Below, one piece after another: positions 26,999-35,698 of a stretch of 57,606 nt of DNA (position 1 is its first letter; each line of letters starts with the position of its first letter). Under the pieces are notes generated by a model. It was not told where the DNA came from, did no database searches, and saw only the letters and a program-made list of their open reading frames with translations. Made by a program: the position numbers and the translations under genes. The DNA is from Actinomycetes bacterium (GTDB lineage Bacteria; Actinomycetota; Acidimicrobiia; Acidimicrobiales; Bog-793): the NCBI GenBank assembly GCA_021809805.1, contig JAJZKA010000003.1, positions 1 to 57,606 on the forward strand, in the 5' to 3' direction.

Positions 26999-29416
26999 AT
27001 GAACCACGCCCCAAGAAGTGCACGCCGACGTGGCTGGACGCGCCGCATCGCCGCCACGGTGTCCCTCGCTGCGATCGCGCCGACGATCCTTGCGGCAACC
27101 GGGCGCGCTGGCGCGACCTCCCGGCGACCTGCGAGTGATGTGCACACCGGGGCGACCTATGGCTGCGTCTTGCCGTCAGGAACGAGCGGCACGTCGGGCA
27201 CGTCGGGTACGTCAGGAACGAGTGGCACGTCAGGGACGGCAGGCACGTCAGGAACGAGTGGCACGTCAGGGACGGCGGGGACTTCGGGGACGTCAGGAAC
27301 GACCGGCACGTCGGGGACGGCGGGCACGTCAGGAACGAGTGGCACGTCAGGGACGGCGGGGACTTCGGGGACGTCAGGAACGACCGGCACGTCGGGGACG
27401 GCGGGGAGTTCGGGGACGTCAGGGAGCTCTACCCGTTACGGCCTCGAAGAACAGAGCGCCACGACCACGACGACGTACGCGGGCACGAGCGGGACACCTG
27501 CGGGCACGAGCGGGACACCTGCGGGCACGAGCGGGACACCTGCGGGCACGAGCGGGACACCTGCGGGCACGAGCGGGACACCTGCGGGCACGAGCGGGAC
27601 CGGCTCGACGTCGACGACGACAACGCTGCCGGCGACCGTCCAGACGCTGGCACCGCCGACGAGCACCACGGCTACGGGAACGAGCGGGACGGGCTCGACC
27701 TCGACGACCACGACCGCCCCAACGTCGACTTCGACCGGCGTGGCGCCAAGCTCGACAACCAACGCGTACGACCTCATCACCGCCGCCGGCGGCGTCTACA
27801 GCTACGGTGGGGCGCACAACTTCGGCTCGGTCCCGAAGAAATCCGCATCCTCGCGGATCATCGGTGCCGCAGCGACACCAGGTGGCAATGGCTACTGGCT
27901 GCTCGGCGCGGACGGCCACCTGTACGCATACGGCGACGCGATCCACTACGGCACGCCCTATGAGCAACGTCACGTCGGATCCTTCGTCGGCCTGGCGGTA
28001 ACACCGGACGGTGGCGGGCTGTTGGCGGTAACCGACCACGGCAGCATCGTGCACCTCGGCGACGCACCGTTTTGCGGCTCGCCCGTGCACCAGGTGACGA
28101 GTGACAACGTCGTCGGAATCGTGCCGACCCCAGATGGGAACGGCTACTGGGTCTTCACGAGCGACGGGACCGTGTATCCCTTCGGCGACGCGCGCGCCAT
28201 CGGGTCGGGGCATGGGCCCGGCGGCTCACCCGCCGTCGGCCTGGCCGCGACTGCAGACGGGGGCGGCTACTGGATCGCGTACGCGGACGGCGCAGTCCGC
28301 CAGTTCGGCGACGCTCCCTTTTATGGCTCCCCCGCCCATGCTGTCGGCCATCAGCCCGTGACTGGGATCGCCGCAACCCGCAACGGCGCCGGGTACTGGG
28401 TCGCCACCGACACGGGCCAGGTGTATGGCTACGGCCAGGCGGTGAGCCATGGTTCGCTCGGCCGCGCCGCGGCGAGCGCGGGACACGGTGTGGTCGCCGT
28501 GGTGGCGACGGCCGCCAAGACCACCTCGGGAGCATCGGCCCCGCCGCCGCCGCCGCCGTTGCCACCCCTCAAGCCGCTGAAGGGCGACCCCTACGCGCAC
28601 GGCGCCATCGGCTACGACATCAGCAACTTCCAGTGCAACCGGCACGCACCGGCACGGACCCAGGCTGGCCTGCCGGCCCGGCTCGGCCTCAGCGTGTTGC
28701 AGGTCGCAGGTTGGCTCGACAGCTCGCTGAACTCTTGCCTTGCCGCCGAAACAAGCTGGGCGAACCGGGCCGCCGCCAAGGGTGATCCGCCGAGCCTGTA
28801 CCTCTTCATGAACGCTCCGACCAACAGCACGGCGTCGCGCCACCAGGCCGCGACGGGACCCGCCGGACGTTGCGCCACACGGCCGCGGGACCGCCAAGCG
28901 TCGTGCCGGGCCTATAACTACGGCTACAACGGCGCCCGCCATGCCCTCGCCTATGCGACCGCGAGGGGGACGCGGTCGTCGCTTTGGTGGATCGACATCG
29001 AGAACGCCGCACTCGCGCGGGGCGAGTACGCGAATTTCGGCGCTGGGCAGTACTGGTCGGCGAACCGAAAGCTCAACGATCGCACTATCCAGGGGGCGAT
29101 CGACGCCCTGCGCGCCAGCAAGATCACCGTCGGGATCTACTCCTCGAGCCTTCAGTACTCGGCCATCGCCGGGAACTACGTGCCGGCCGGCAAGCGGGTG
29201 CCGCTTTGGATCGCCGGCGTCCCTTGGACCAAGCCTCCCTACCACGAGCGCGGCCTGCCGAGCACCGCCGCCCTCGCCAGCTGGTGCGCCGGGACAGCGC
29301 ACTACCAGGGCTCAAAGAAGACTGACCTGTTCGCCGGCGGAGTTCCTTGGCTGCTCCAAGAGACCCCGGGGGTTCTGCCCTCGCCCTATGGCATCGATCC
29401 CGACTACGCCTGTTGA
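26999..29416 (+). CDS. Secreted mosaic repeat protein: signal peptide, collagen-like (GTS)n, AGTSGTP heptads, Thr-rich linkers, six ~42-aa propeller-like repeats, Pro-rich linker, GH25/DUF1906-like C-terminal domain
   Basis: Signal-like MNHAPRSARRRGWTRRIAATVSLAAIAPTILAATG. Repeats are read in the translation. The blade motif is GYWxxxxDGxVxxFGDAxxxGS, six copies. The C-terminus has GAIGYDISNFQC and SLWWIDIEN (D...DxE pattern of GH25-type muramidases / Rv2525c-like domains). An alternative TTG start lies at 26975. Confidence 0.8.
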   Translation: MNHAPRSARRRGWTRRIAATVSLAAIAPTILAATGRAGATSRRPASDVHTGATYGCVLPSGTSGTSGTSGTSGTSGTSGTAGTSGTSGTSGTAGTSGTSGTTGTSGTAGTSGTSGTSGTAGTSGTSGTTGTSGTAGSSGTSGSSTRYGLEEQSATTTTTYAGTSGTPAGTSGTPAGTSGTPAGTSGTPAGTSGTPAGTSGTGSTSTTTTLPATVQTLAPPTSTTATGTSGTGSTSTTTTAPTSTSTGVAPSSTTNAYDLITAAGGVYSYGGAHNFGSVPKKSASSRIIGAAATPGGNGYWLLGADGHLYAYGDAIHYGTPYEQRHVGSFVGLAVTPDGGGLLAVTDHGSIVHLGDAPFCGSPVHQVTSDNVVGIVPTPDGNGYWVFTSDGTVYPFGDARAIGSGHGPGGSPAVGLAATADGGGYWIAYADGAVRQFGDAPFYGSPAHAVGHQPVTGIAATRNGAGYWVATDTGQVYGYGQAVSHGSLGRAAASAGHGVVAVVATAAKTTSGASAPPPPPPLPPLKPLKGDPYAHGAIGYDISNFQCNRHAPARTQAGLPARLGLSVLQVAGWLDSSLNSCLAAETSWANRAAAKGDPPSLYLFMNAPTNSTASRHQAATGPAGRCATRPRDRQASCRAYNYGYNGARHALAYATARGTRSSLWWIDIENAALARGEYANFGAGQYWSANRKLNDRTIQGAIDALRASKITVGIYSSSLQYSAIAGNYVPAGKRVPLWIAGVPWTKPPYHERGLPSTAALASWCAGTAHYQGSKKTDLFAGGVPWLLQETPGVLPSPYGIDPDYAC
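27179..27430 (+). repeat. In-frame 9-bp (Gly-X-Y) tandem array of 28 units, including a perfect 81-bp tandem duplication (27242-27322 = 27323-27403)
   Basis: Counted codon by codon from the sequence. Confidence 0.95.
27479..27600 (+). repeat. In-frame 21-bp tandem repeat GCGGGCACGAGCGGGACACCT, 5 perfect copies plus a partial sixth (encodes AGTSGTP)
   Basis: Read directly. The five full copies are identical. Confidence 0.95.
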
Positions 29417-29449
29417 GCCTGACCGCATCGCCGGCCAACTTGACTGAGG

Positions 29450-29468
29450 TAGTTCGACTCACGAACTA
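29450..29468. promoter_or_regulatory. Inverted repeat TAGTTCG-N5-CGAACTA, candidate MarR operator
   Basis: Read directly. The 7-bp arms are perfect. It lies 20 nt upstream of the MarR GTG start at 29488. Confidence 0.4.
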
Positions 29469-29487
29469 ACTCGCTAGACTCGTTGCC

Positions 29488-29976
29488 GTGGCCACACCCC
29501 CCATCCCTGCTGCGACGAGCGGCAGCGGCAAGGATGCGAATGCTCGCGAGCGCGATCCTGCGCTCGGCGCCCTGCGCGCCCTCACCCGCAGCGCCCGGGT
29601 GCTCGAGCGCAGCTGCGGCGAGCTGAGCTTGGCCCAGTACCGGGTGCTGGCGGCGATCGCCGATGGCGCCGCACGCGCCACGCGCATCGCGGATCGCCTG
29701 GCGCTCGGCAAGCCGGCGGTGAGCGCGCTCGTCGAGGCGCTGTGCGAGCGGGGATTGCTCGAACGGGGCCGCGTCGCCGACGATCAGCGAGCCGCCGCGC
29801 TCGAGCTGACCGATCGGGGCCGCGACTTACTGCAGGCCGCTGAGCGGGAGATGCTGGCAAAGCTCGCGGTGATCGCCGAGAAGAGCGGAGCCGGCGAATC
29901 GCTGATCGCGGCGCTCGCGGCGATGGACCGGGCGATCGAGGCGCTCGCCAGCGAGCGCCTCCACACCGAGCAGTGA
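29488..29976 (+). CDS. MarR family transcriptional regulator
   Basis: Winged-helix region LSLAQYRVLAAIADGAARATRIADRLALGKPAVSALVEALCERGLLER. The GTG start has a GTGA overlap with the downstream ABC gene. Confidence 0.9.
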   Translation: MATPPIPAATSGSGKDANARERDPALGALRALTRSARVLERSCGELSLAQYRVLAAIADGAARATRIADRLALGKPAVSALVEALCERGLLERGRVADDQRAAALELTDRGRDLLQAAEREMLAKLAVIAEKSGAGESLIAALAAMDRAIEALASERLHTEQ

Positions 29977-32900
29977 CGAACCGCGCCGCGCAGCCCACGC
30001 CGGCGCTCGGCACGCGCGGCGGCTGGGTACGCCGCCTGTGGGGCCAGATGATGCGCCATCGCGCCGACGTGCTCATCTCGCTCGGAGCCGCCGTCGCCGG
30101 CAACGTCTGTCTCGCGATGATTCCCTTGATCGAGCGCCAGATCGTCGACCACGCCATCGCCAGGGCCTCCTCGTCGATCTGGCCCTGGCTAGTGGCACTG
30201 GTCGCCTTGGCACTCGCCGCCTTCGGCTTCGCCTACCTGCGCCGCTATCGCGGCGGCAAGGTCGCCCTGTCGGTCCAATACGACCTGCGCAACGCCATGC
30301 ACGACCACCTGGTGGCGATGGACGCGGAGAACCTCTCCCGCATGCCGACCGGACAGCTCGTGGCGCGGGCGAATTCGGACTCGACCTTGGTCCAGGGGCT
30401 GTTGAGCTTCTTCCCGATCATGAGCGGCAACGTCTTGTTGATGGCGCTGTCGCTGGCGGTGATGTGCGTGCTGGCACCGAGCCTGGCGGTGATCAGCCTC
30501 GCCGTCGTCCCGGCTCTGCTCGTCATCTCCTATCGAATGCGGTGGCGGATCTTCCCGGCGACCTGGGATGCCCAACAGCGGGAGGGCGATCTCGCCCAGA
30601 TCGTCGACGAGGACGTGAACGGGGTGCGCGTCGTCAAGGCCTTCGGTCAAGAGCCTCGGGAGCTCACACGTCTCGCGCGCGCGGCCCAGCTGCTGTATGG
30701 ATCCCAGCTCCGCGCGGTCCGGCTTCAGTCGCGCTACCAGCCCTTGCTCGAGGCGGTGCCGACGATCGGCCAGGCAGCGCTGCTCGCGCTCGGCGGCGAT
30801 ATGGCCATGCACCACGAGATCACGCTCGGGACCTTCCTCGCCTTCTCCACCTACCTGGCCCAGATGCTTGCCCCGGCGCGCCAGCTCGCGGGGGTGCTGA
30901 CGATCGGCCAGCAGGCCCGCGCGGGCGTCGAGCGGATCTTCCAGCTCCTCGACCTCGCTCCGGCGATCGCGGATCGCCCGGACGCCGTCGAGCTCGCCGA
31001 GCTGCGCGGCGATGTGCAGTTCGACGGGGTGAAATTCGCCTACCGCGACGGCGCGGTCGTGCTCGACGGCTTCAACCTCCGTCTCGCTCCCGGCGAGCGG
31101 GTGGCGCTCGTCGGTGCGAGCGCCAGCGGCAAGTCGACGGCCGCGATGCTCCTCGCCCGCTTCTACGAGCCAGATGCCGGGGTCATCCGCCTCGACGGCC
31201 ACGACCTTGGTGAACTGCGCCTCGACTCCTTGCGCCGGAGCATTGGGCTCGTCTTTGAGGACAGCTTCCTCTTCTCTGACTCCGTACGGGCCAACATCGC
31301 CTACGGCCGACCCGGCGCGAGCGACACCGAGATCGAGGCTGCCGCGACCGCCGCAGCGGCGCACGAGTTCATCGCCGCGCTCCCCCATGGCTACGACACC
31401 ATGGTCGGTGAACGCGGCCTCACCTTGTCCGGCGGCCAGCGCCAGCGGATCGCCCTTGCCCGCGCGATCCTCTCCGATCCCGCCGTGCTGGTCCTCGACG
31501 ACGCGACGAGCGCAATCGACGCCGTGGTGGAGGGCACCATCCACGACGCGCTCCGCCACGTCCTCGCTAGACGCACGACCTTGCTGATCGCCCATCGCCG
31601 CTCCACGCTGCGCTTGGCAGATCGGATCGCCGTGCTCGAGGCGGGCCGGATTGTCGCCGAGGGCACCCACGAACAGCTCATGGCAACGAGCTCCACCTAC
31701 CGCTCGCTGCTCGCTGGGCTCGGCGACACCGAGGACGCCGAGCACGACGACGACCCTGCAGAGGACGGCGCGCCGTCCGCGGCGGCCTGGCAACGGGCGC
31801 CGGCCCCTGTCGCCAGCGCGTCCCGAGTGAGCGCGTGGCGCGCCAGCCCCAGCATCGGGCCCGGCCTCGGCGGGGGCGGCGGGGGCGGCTGGCGGCTCAA
31901 TCTCGCCCCGACTCCCGAGCTGCTCTCCCGGGTGGCGGCGCTTCGACCGGTGCGCGACGTCGCGGCGATTGACCTACGCGCAGAGACGGCTCCCGATGCG
32001 CACTTTTCCCTGCGCCGCCTGCTCCGCGCATTCGCCTGGCCACTCGCCCTTGGCCTCGTGCTCGTCGTGATCGACGCGATTGCCGCGATCTCTGGTCCCT
32101 TGCTCGTCAAGACCGGCATCGATAGCGGGGTGGAGCGTGGCTCGCTCTTCGTGGTCCTTGTCGCCGCCGCGGTCTATCTCGCCGTCGCGCTCTTCGATCT
32201 GTTCGATGAGATGGGGGAGACCTTCATCACGGGACGGACCGCCCAGCGCATCATGTGCTCGCTGCGCATCCGGATCTGGGCGCAGCTCCAGCGGCTCTCC
32301 CTCGACTACTACGAGCGGGAGATGGTCGGACGGATCATGACCCGCATGACCACCGACGTCGACCAGTTCGAGTCGCTGATCGAGAACGGTGTGCTGTCTG
32401 CACTGGTGTCGATCGTCACCTTCGTCGGCGTCGGCGCGGCCCTGATCGTCATCGACGCCGAGCTCGGGCTCCTCACCTTGAGCGTCGTCGCGCCCCTCGC
32501 CGTCGCGACGGTGGTCTTCCGCCGGCGAGCGGCGCGCCTGTACGAGCTGTCGCGCGAGCGAATCGCCATCGTGAACGCCGATTTCCAAGAGAGCCTTGCA
32601 GGTGTGCGCGAGGCACAGGCCTTCACGCACCAAGTCGAGACGCGCCGGCGCTTCCACGCGCTCGGCACGGACTACCTCGACGCTCGCGTGGGCGCCCAGC
32701 GTCTCGTCGCCACCTACTTCCCCTTCGTCCAGTTCCTCTCTTCGGGCGCCGACGCCATCGTCCTCGGCGTCGGCGCAGGTCTCGTCGCCAGCCACCACCT
32801 CGCGCCGGGCGCGCTGATCGCCTTCATCTTGTACATCGACCTGTTCTTCTCCCCGATCCAACAGCTCTCCCAGGTATTCGACGCCTGGCAACAGACGCGG

Positions 32901-33833
32901 GTCTCGATCGGACGCATCGGCGAGCTGATGCGCCTCGAGCCGCGCACCGTAGAGCGGGCCGACGCCATCGCGCCGAAGCGCCTCAGCGGTGCGCTCGAGC
33001 TCGAGGCCGTGCACTTCGCCTACCCCGCCGTGCCGCCCGCGCGCGTCCGGCAGGAACGGCGCGGGCCCGCCGATCGCCGCGACGGGCGACGCGTCGATGC
33101 GCCGGTCCTTGGGGAGGCGCTGCGCGGCATCACCTTGTCGGTCGCTCCGGGCGAGAAGGTGGCGCTCGTCGGCGAGACCGGTGCGGGCAAGTCCACCCTC
33201 GTCAAGCTGCTCGCCCGCTTCTACGATCCCGACGAGGGCACGGTGCGTGTCGACGGCCACGACCTGCGAGCGCTCGATCTGCACGCGCTGCGCAGCCAGC
33301 TCGGCTATGTCCCCCAGGAGGCGTTCCTGTTTTCCGGCACCGTGCGCGACAACATTGCCTATGGCCGGCCGCAGGCGAGTGACGCCGACGTCGAGGCGGC
33401 CGCCCGTGCCGTCGGCGCGCACGAGGTGATCGCGAAGCTCCCCGGCGGCTACCTCCACGAGATCGCCGAGCGCGGTCGCTCGCTGTCGGCCGGCGAGCGC
33501 CAGCTCATCGCGCTCGCCCGCGCCCAGCTCGTCGATCCCGCCATCTTGCTGCTCGACGAGGCGACCTCGAACCTCGACCTCGCGACCGAGGGGCGCGTGA
33601 GCGCGGCGATGCACGCCGTCGCCGATGGGCGGACGACGGTGCTGATCGCCCACCGGCTCCAAAGCGCCAGAGATGCCGACCGCATCGTCGTCCTCGCCCA
33701 TGGTGTCGTCGCCGAGGTCGGCAGCCACGATGAGCTCGTCGCTCGCGACGGTCCCTACGCCGCGATGTGGGCCGCCTTCGAGACGGCCAACGATGCCGAA
33801 CTCCCGGTATCGGGGCTGGTGTCCGAGCACTGA
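29973..33833 (+). CDS. Fused full-length ABC exporter (TMD-NBD-TMD-NBD in one polypeptide, type I exporter fold)
   Basis: Two Walker A motifs (GASASGKST, GETGAGKST) and two signatures (LSGGQRQR, LSAGERQL). Each follows a six-helix TMD. A Gly-rich linker (GPGLGGGGGGGW) joins the halves. It is one uninterrupted 1286-codon ORF. Confidence 0.9.
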   Translation: MTNRAAQPTPALGTRGGWVRRLWGQMMRHRADVLISLGAAVAGNVCLAMIPLIERQIVDHAIARASSSIWPWLVALVALALAAFGFAYLRRYRGGKVALSVQYDLRNAMHDHLVAMDAENLSRMPTGQLVARANSDSTLVQGLLSFFPIMSGNVLLMALSLAVMCVLAPSLAVISLAVVPALLVISYRMRWRIFPATWDAQQREGDLAQIVDEDVNGVRVVKAFGQEPRELTRLARAAQLLYGSQLRAVRLQSRYQPLLEAVPTIGQAALLALGGDMAMHHEITLGTFLAFSTYLAQMLAPARQLAGVLTIGQQARAGVERIFQLLDLAPAIADRPDAVELAELRGDVQFDGVKFAYRDGAVVLDGFNLRLAPGERVALVGASASGKSTAAMLLARFYEPDAGVIRLDGHDLGELRLDSLRRSIGLVFEDSFLFSDSVRANIAYGRPGASDTEIEAAATAAAAHEFIAALPHGYDTMVGERGLTLSGGQRQRIALARAILSDPAVLVLDDATSAIDAVVEGTIHDALRHVLARRTTLLIAHRRSTLRLADRIAVLEAGRIVAEGTHEQLMATSSTYRSLLAGLGDTEDAEHDDDPAEDGAPSAAAWQRAPAPVASASRVSAWRASPSIGPGLGGGGGGGWRLNLAPTPELLSRVAALRPVRDVAAIDLRAETAPDAHFSLRRLLRAFAWPLALGLVLVVIDAIAAISGPLLVKTGIDSGVERGSLFVVLVAAAVYLAVALFDLFDEMGETFITGRTAQRIMCSLRIRIWAQLQRLSLDYYEREMVGRIMTRMTTDVDQFESLIENGVLSALVSIVTFVGVGAALIVIDAELGLLTLSVVAPLAVATVVFRRRAARLYELSRERIAIVNADFQESLAGVREAQAFTHQVETRRRFHALGTDYLDARVGAQRLVATYFPFVQFLSSGADAIVLGVGAGLVASHHLAPGALIAFILYIDLFFSPIQQLSQVFDAWQQTRVSIGRIGELMRLEPRTVERADAIAPKRLSGALELEAVHFAYPAVPPARVRQERRGPADRRDGRRVDAPVLGEALRGITLSVAPGEKVALVGETGAGKSTLVKLLARFYDPDEGTVRVDGHDLRALDLHALRSQLGYVPQEAFLFSGTVRDNIAYGRPQASDADVEAAARAVGAHEVIAKLPGGYLHEIAERGRSLSAGERQLIALARAQLVDPAILLLDEATSNLDLATEGRVSAAMHAVADGRTTVLIAHRLQSARDADRIVVLAHGVVAEVGSHDELVARDGPYAAMWAAFETANDAELPVSGLVSEH

Positions 33834-33869
33834 GGCGGCACCGGCGGGCGAGCAGCGCGGCCCGCTCGT

Positions 33870-34484
33870 TCAGGCCGGCGAGATCACGAAGTCGGCGCGG
33901 CCAATCGGGTCGAATCGGGCGAGGAAGTCAATCTCGTTGGCCATCCACACCTCCCGCCATTGCGCCTCGGCGGGCGAGCCCGGCGCCGCCGCGTCACGAA
34001 CGATCCCGCGGGCGGTTGCCAGCTCGAGGTCCACGTCGAGCCACAAGGCGAGGTCAAAGGCATCGGCCAGGCTCGGGTGGAACAGCCCGACACCCTCGAT
34101 GATCAAGCCCCGCTCGACCGACAGCGTCACCGGTTCGCTGGAGAAGTGCTCCCAGTCTCGACACGAGCGGTAGGTGAGCTCGGTCGCCCCGCGCCGCGTG
34201 GGTGCGATGACCTCGTGCACGAGGCGCTCGCGGTCGATCCCCCGCCAGTCGCTCGAGCGCTCGAGCGCCGCCGCGGTGGCGAACTCGTCGGCCCCAAGGA
34301 CAGGAAAGCCGACCCGGCCCCCCAAGGACGCCGCCAGCGTCGTCTTGCCGCTCCCCCCAAAGCCCGAGATCCCGACAATGCAGCATCGCGTGGGCGTCTG
34401 CTGCTCCTCGATGAGGCGCGAGATCGCCTCGAGGGTAGGGCGGTAGCGCAGGGCGGAGCCGGGCGTGCTGGCGACGCCGCTCAC
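33870..34484 (-). CDS. P-loop NTPase of the uridine kinase / phosphoribulokinase-like small kinase type
   Basis: Walker A IVGISGFGGSGKTT followed by GLIIEGVGLF. I propose the GTG start at 34484, overlapping the LacI stop (GTGA). The rest of ORF 33870-34967 is Arg-rich and overlaps the LacI gene. Confidence 0.65.
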   Translation of the reverse strand: MSGVASTPGSALRYRPTLEAISRLIEEQQTPTRCCIVGISGFGGSGKTTLAASLGGRVGFPVLGADEFATAAALERSSDWRGIDRERLVHEVIAPTRRGATELTYRSCRDWEHFSSEPVTLSVERGLIIEGVGLFHPSLADAFDLALWLDVDLELATARGIVRDAAAPGSPAEAQWREVWMANEIDFLARFDPIGRADFVISPA

Positions 34485-35596
34485 CCGCTTGGGGCCGCGG
34501 CCGACGGCGGCGCGCTCTGACCGACCGGCCGGCCGGCGCCCGTCGTCGAGGCACGCACCTCGAGCTCGGGCGCGAAGACCACCTGGCGGTGCTCGTGAGG
34601 CGATCCACTCAACTCTTCGAGCAGCAGGCCCGCCGCCGTCGCCCCGAGCTCGAACTTGGGCTGGCGGACCGAGGTGAGGGCGGGCGAGAGCATCGAGGAG
34701 AAGGCGACGTCGTCGTAGCCGATCAGCGCGAGGTCCTCGGGCACGCGCAGGCCCCGGGCGACGACACCCTTTAGCACCCCGAGGGCCAACAGGTCGTTCG
34801 CGCACATCACCGCGGTCGGGCGTGGCTCGCGCTCGAGCACTCGAGCACTCGCCGCCTCGCCCTGTTCGGCGGTGAGGCTCGGCACCAGCACCTCCCAGAT
34901 GGCGTCGCCCGCATCGAGGCCGGCGCGCCGCGCCGCGCGGCGCGCCCCGCGGCGGCGGTCCGCACACTGGCGGATGGTGGCCGGACCGTTCACGAAGGCG
35001 ATGCGCCGGTGCCCGAGGCCAAAGAGGTGCGCGGCGGCGAGCTCCCCGCCACGCGCGTCGTCGACGGTAACCGCACAGAGGCGTCCGGCCGGGGCCGGGC
35101 GGTCGAGCAGCACCTTCGTCACGCCGCGCTCGGCGAGCGCGACAAAGGGCGTGAGGTCCCGCTCGGCCGGCGTCGCCAGTACCCCCTCGACGCGGTGCTC
35201 CTCGAGCATGCGGAGATAGCGCTGCTCCCGGCTCGCCGACTCATCGGTCGAGCACAGCACGAGCGCGTAGCCGTGCTCGACCATCGTGTGCTCGATCCCC
35301 CGCACGAGCTCGGTGAAGAACGGGTTCGCCACGTCCAAGATCACGACGCCGATCGAGCGGCTCTTGCCGGCGCGCAGCTGGTGGGCAGCACTCGAGCGCA
35401 CGAAGCCGGTGTCGGAGATGGCATCGAGCACGCGCTGGCGCGTCTCGGGAGCGACAAGCTCGGGCCGGTTCAAGACGTTCGAGACCGTGCCAAGCGAGAC
35501 CTCGGCACGCAGCGCCACGTCGCGGATGGTCGCCCGCCGGCGCGGCTCACCGGGCCACTGGGCTGGTGACGCGACGCGGGTGGCCGTGCCCCTCAT
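34481..35596 (-). CDS. LacI family transcriptional regulator (likely rhamnose-operon regulator)
   Basis: HTH ATIRDVALRAEVSLGTVSNVLN plus a periplasmic-binding-protein-like domain. It sits at the 3' end of the rha operon. Start is ATG 35596 or GTG 35614. Confidence 0.85.
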   Translation of the reverse strand: MRGTATRVASPAQWPGEPRRRATIRDVALRAEVSLGTVSNVLNRPELVAPETRQRVLDAISDTGFVRSSAAHQLRAGKSRSIGVVILDVANPFFTELVRGIEHTMVEHGYALVLCSTDESASREQRYLRMLEEHRVEGVLATPAERDLTPFVALAERGVTKVLLDRPAPAGRLCAVTVDDARGGELAAAHLFGLGHRRIAFVNGPATIRQCADRRRGARRAARRAGLDAGDAIWEVLVPSLTAEQGEAASARVLEREPRPTAVMCANDLLALGVLKGVVARGLRVPEDLALIGYDDVAFSSMLSPALTSVRQPKFELGATAAGLLLEELSGSPHEHRQVVFAPELEVRASTTGAGRPVGQSAPPSAAAPSG

Positions 35597-35698
35597 GGGT
35601 CGCGCCGCAACCACGGGCGGTGCACGGTCCGCCCACGCTGCGCTCGGCGCGGAAGGCCTACGGCGCGAACGGGCACGTCCGGAGGCTAGCCCAGGCGA

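Noticed and set aside
27157-27390. Minus-strand ORF encoding (PDVPxVPxV)n, and plus-strand alternative-frame ORF 27018-28001 encoding Arg-rich repeats
   Set aside because: These are mirror-frame or alternative-frame readings of the 9-bp coding repeat. The Gly-Thr-Ser frame is continuous with a signal peptide upstream and folded domains downstream.
27179-27600. Short tandem repeats considered as a possible CRISPR or other non-coding array
   Set aside because: There are no unique spacers. Units are 9, 21 and 81 bp, contiguous, in frame, and inside a long ORF. There are no cas genes in the window.
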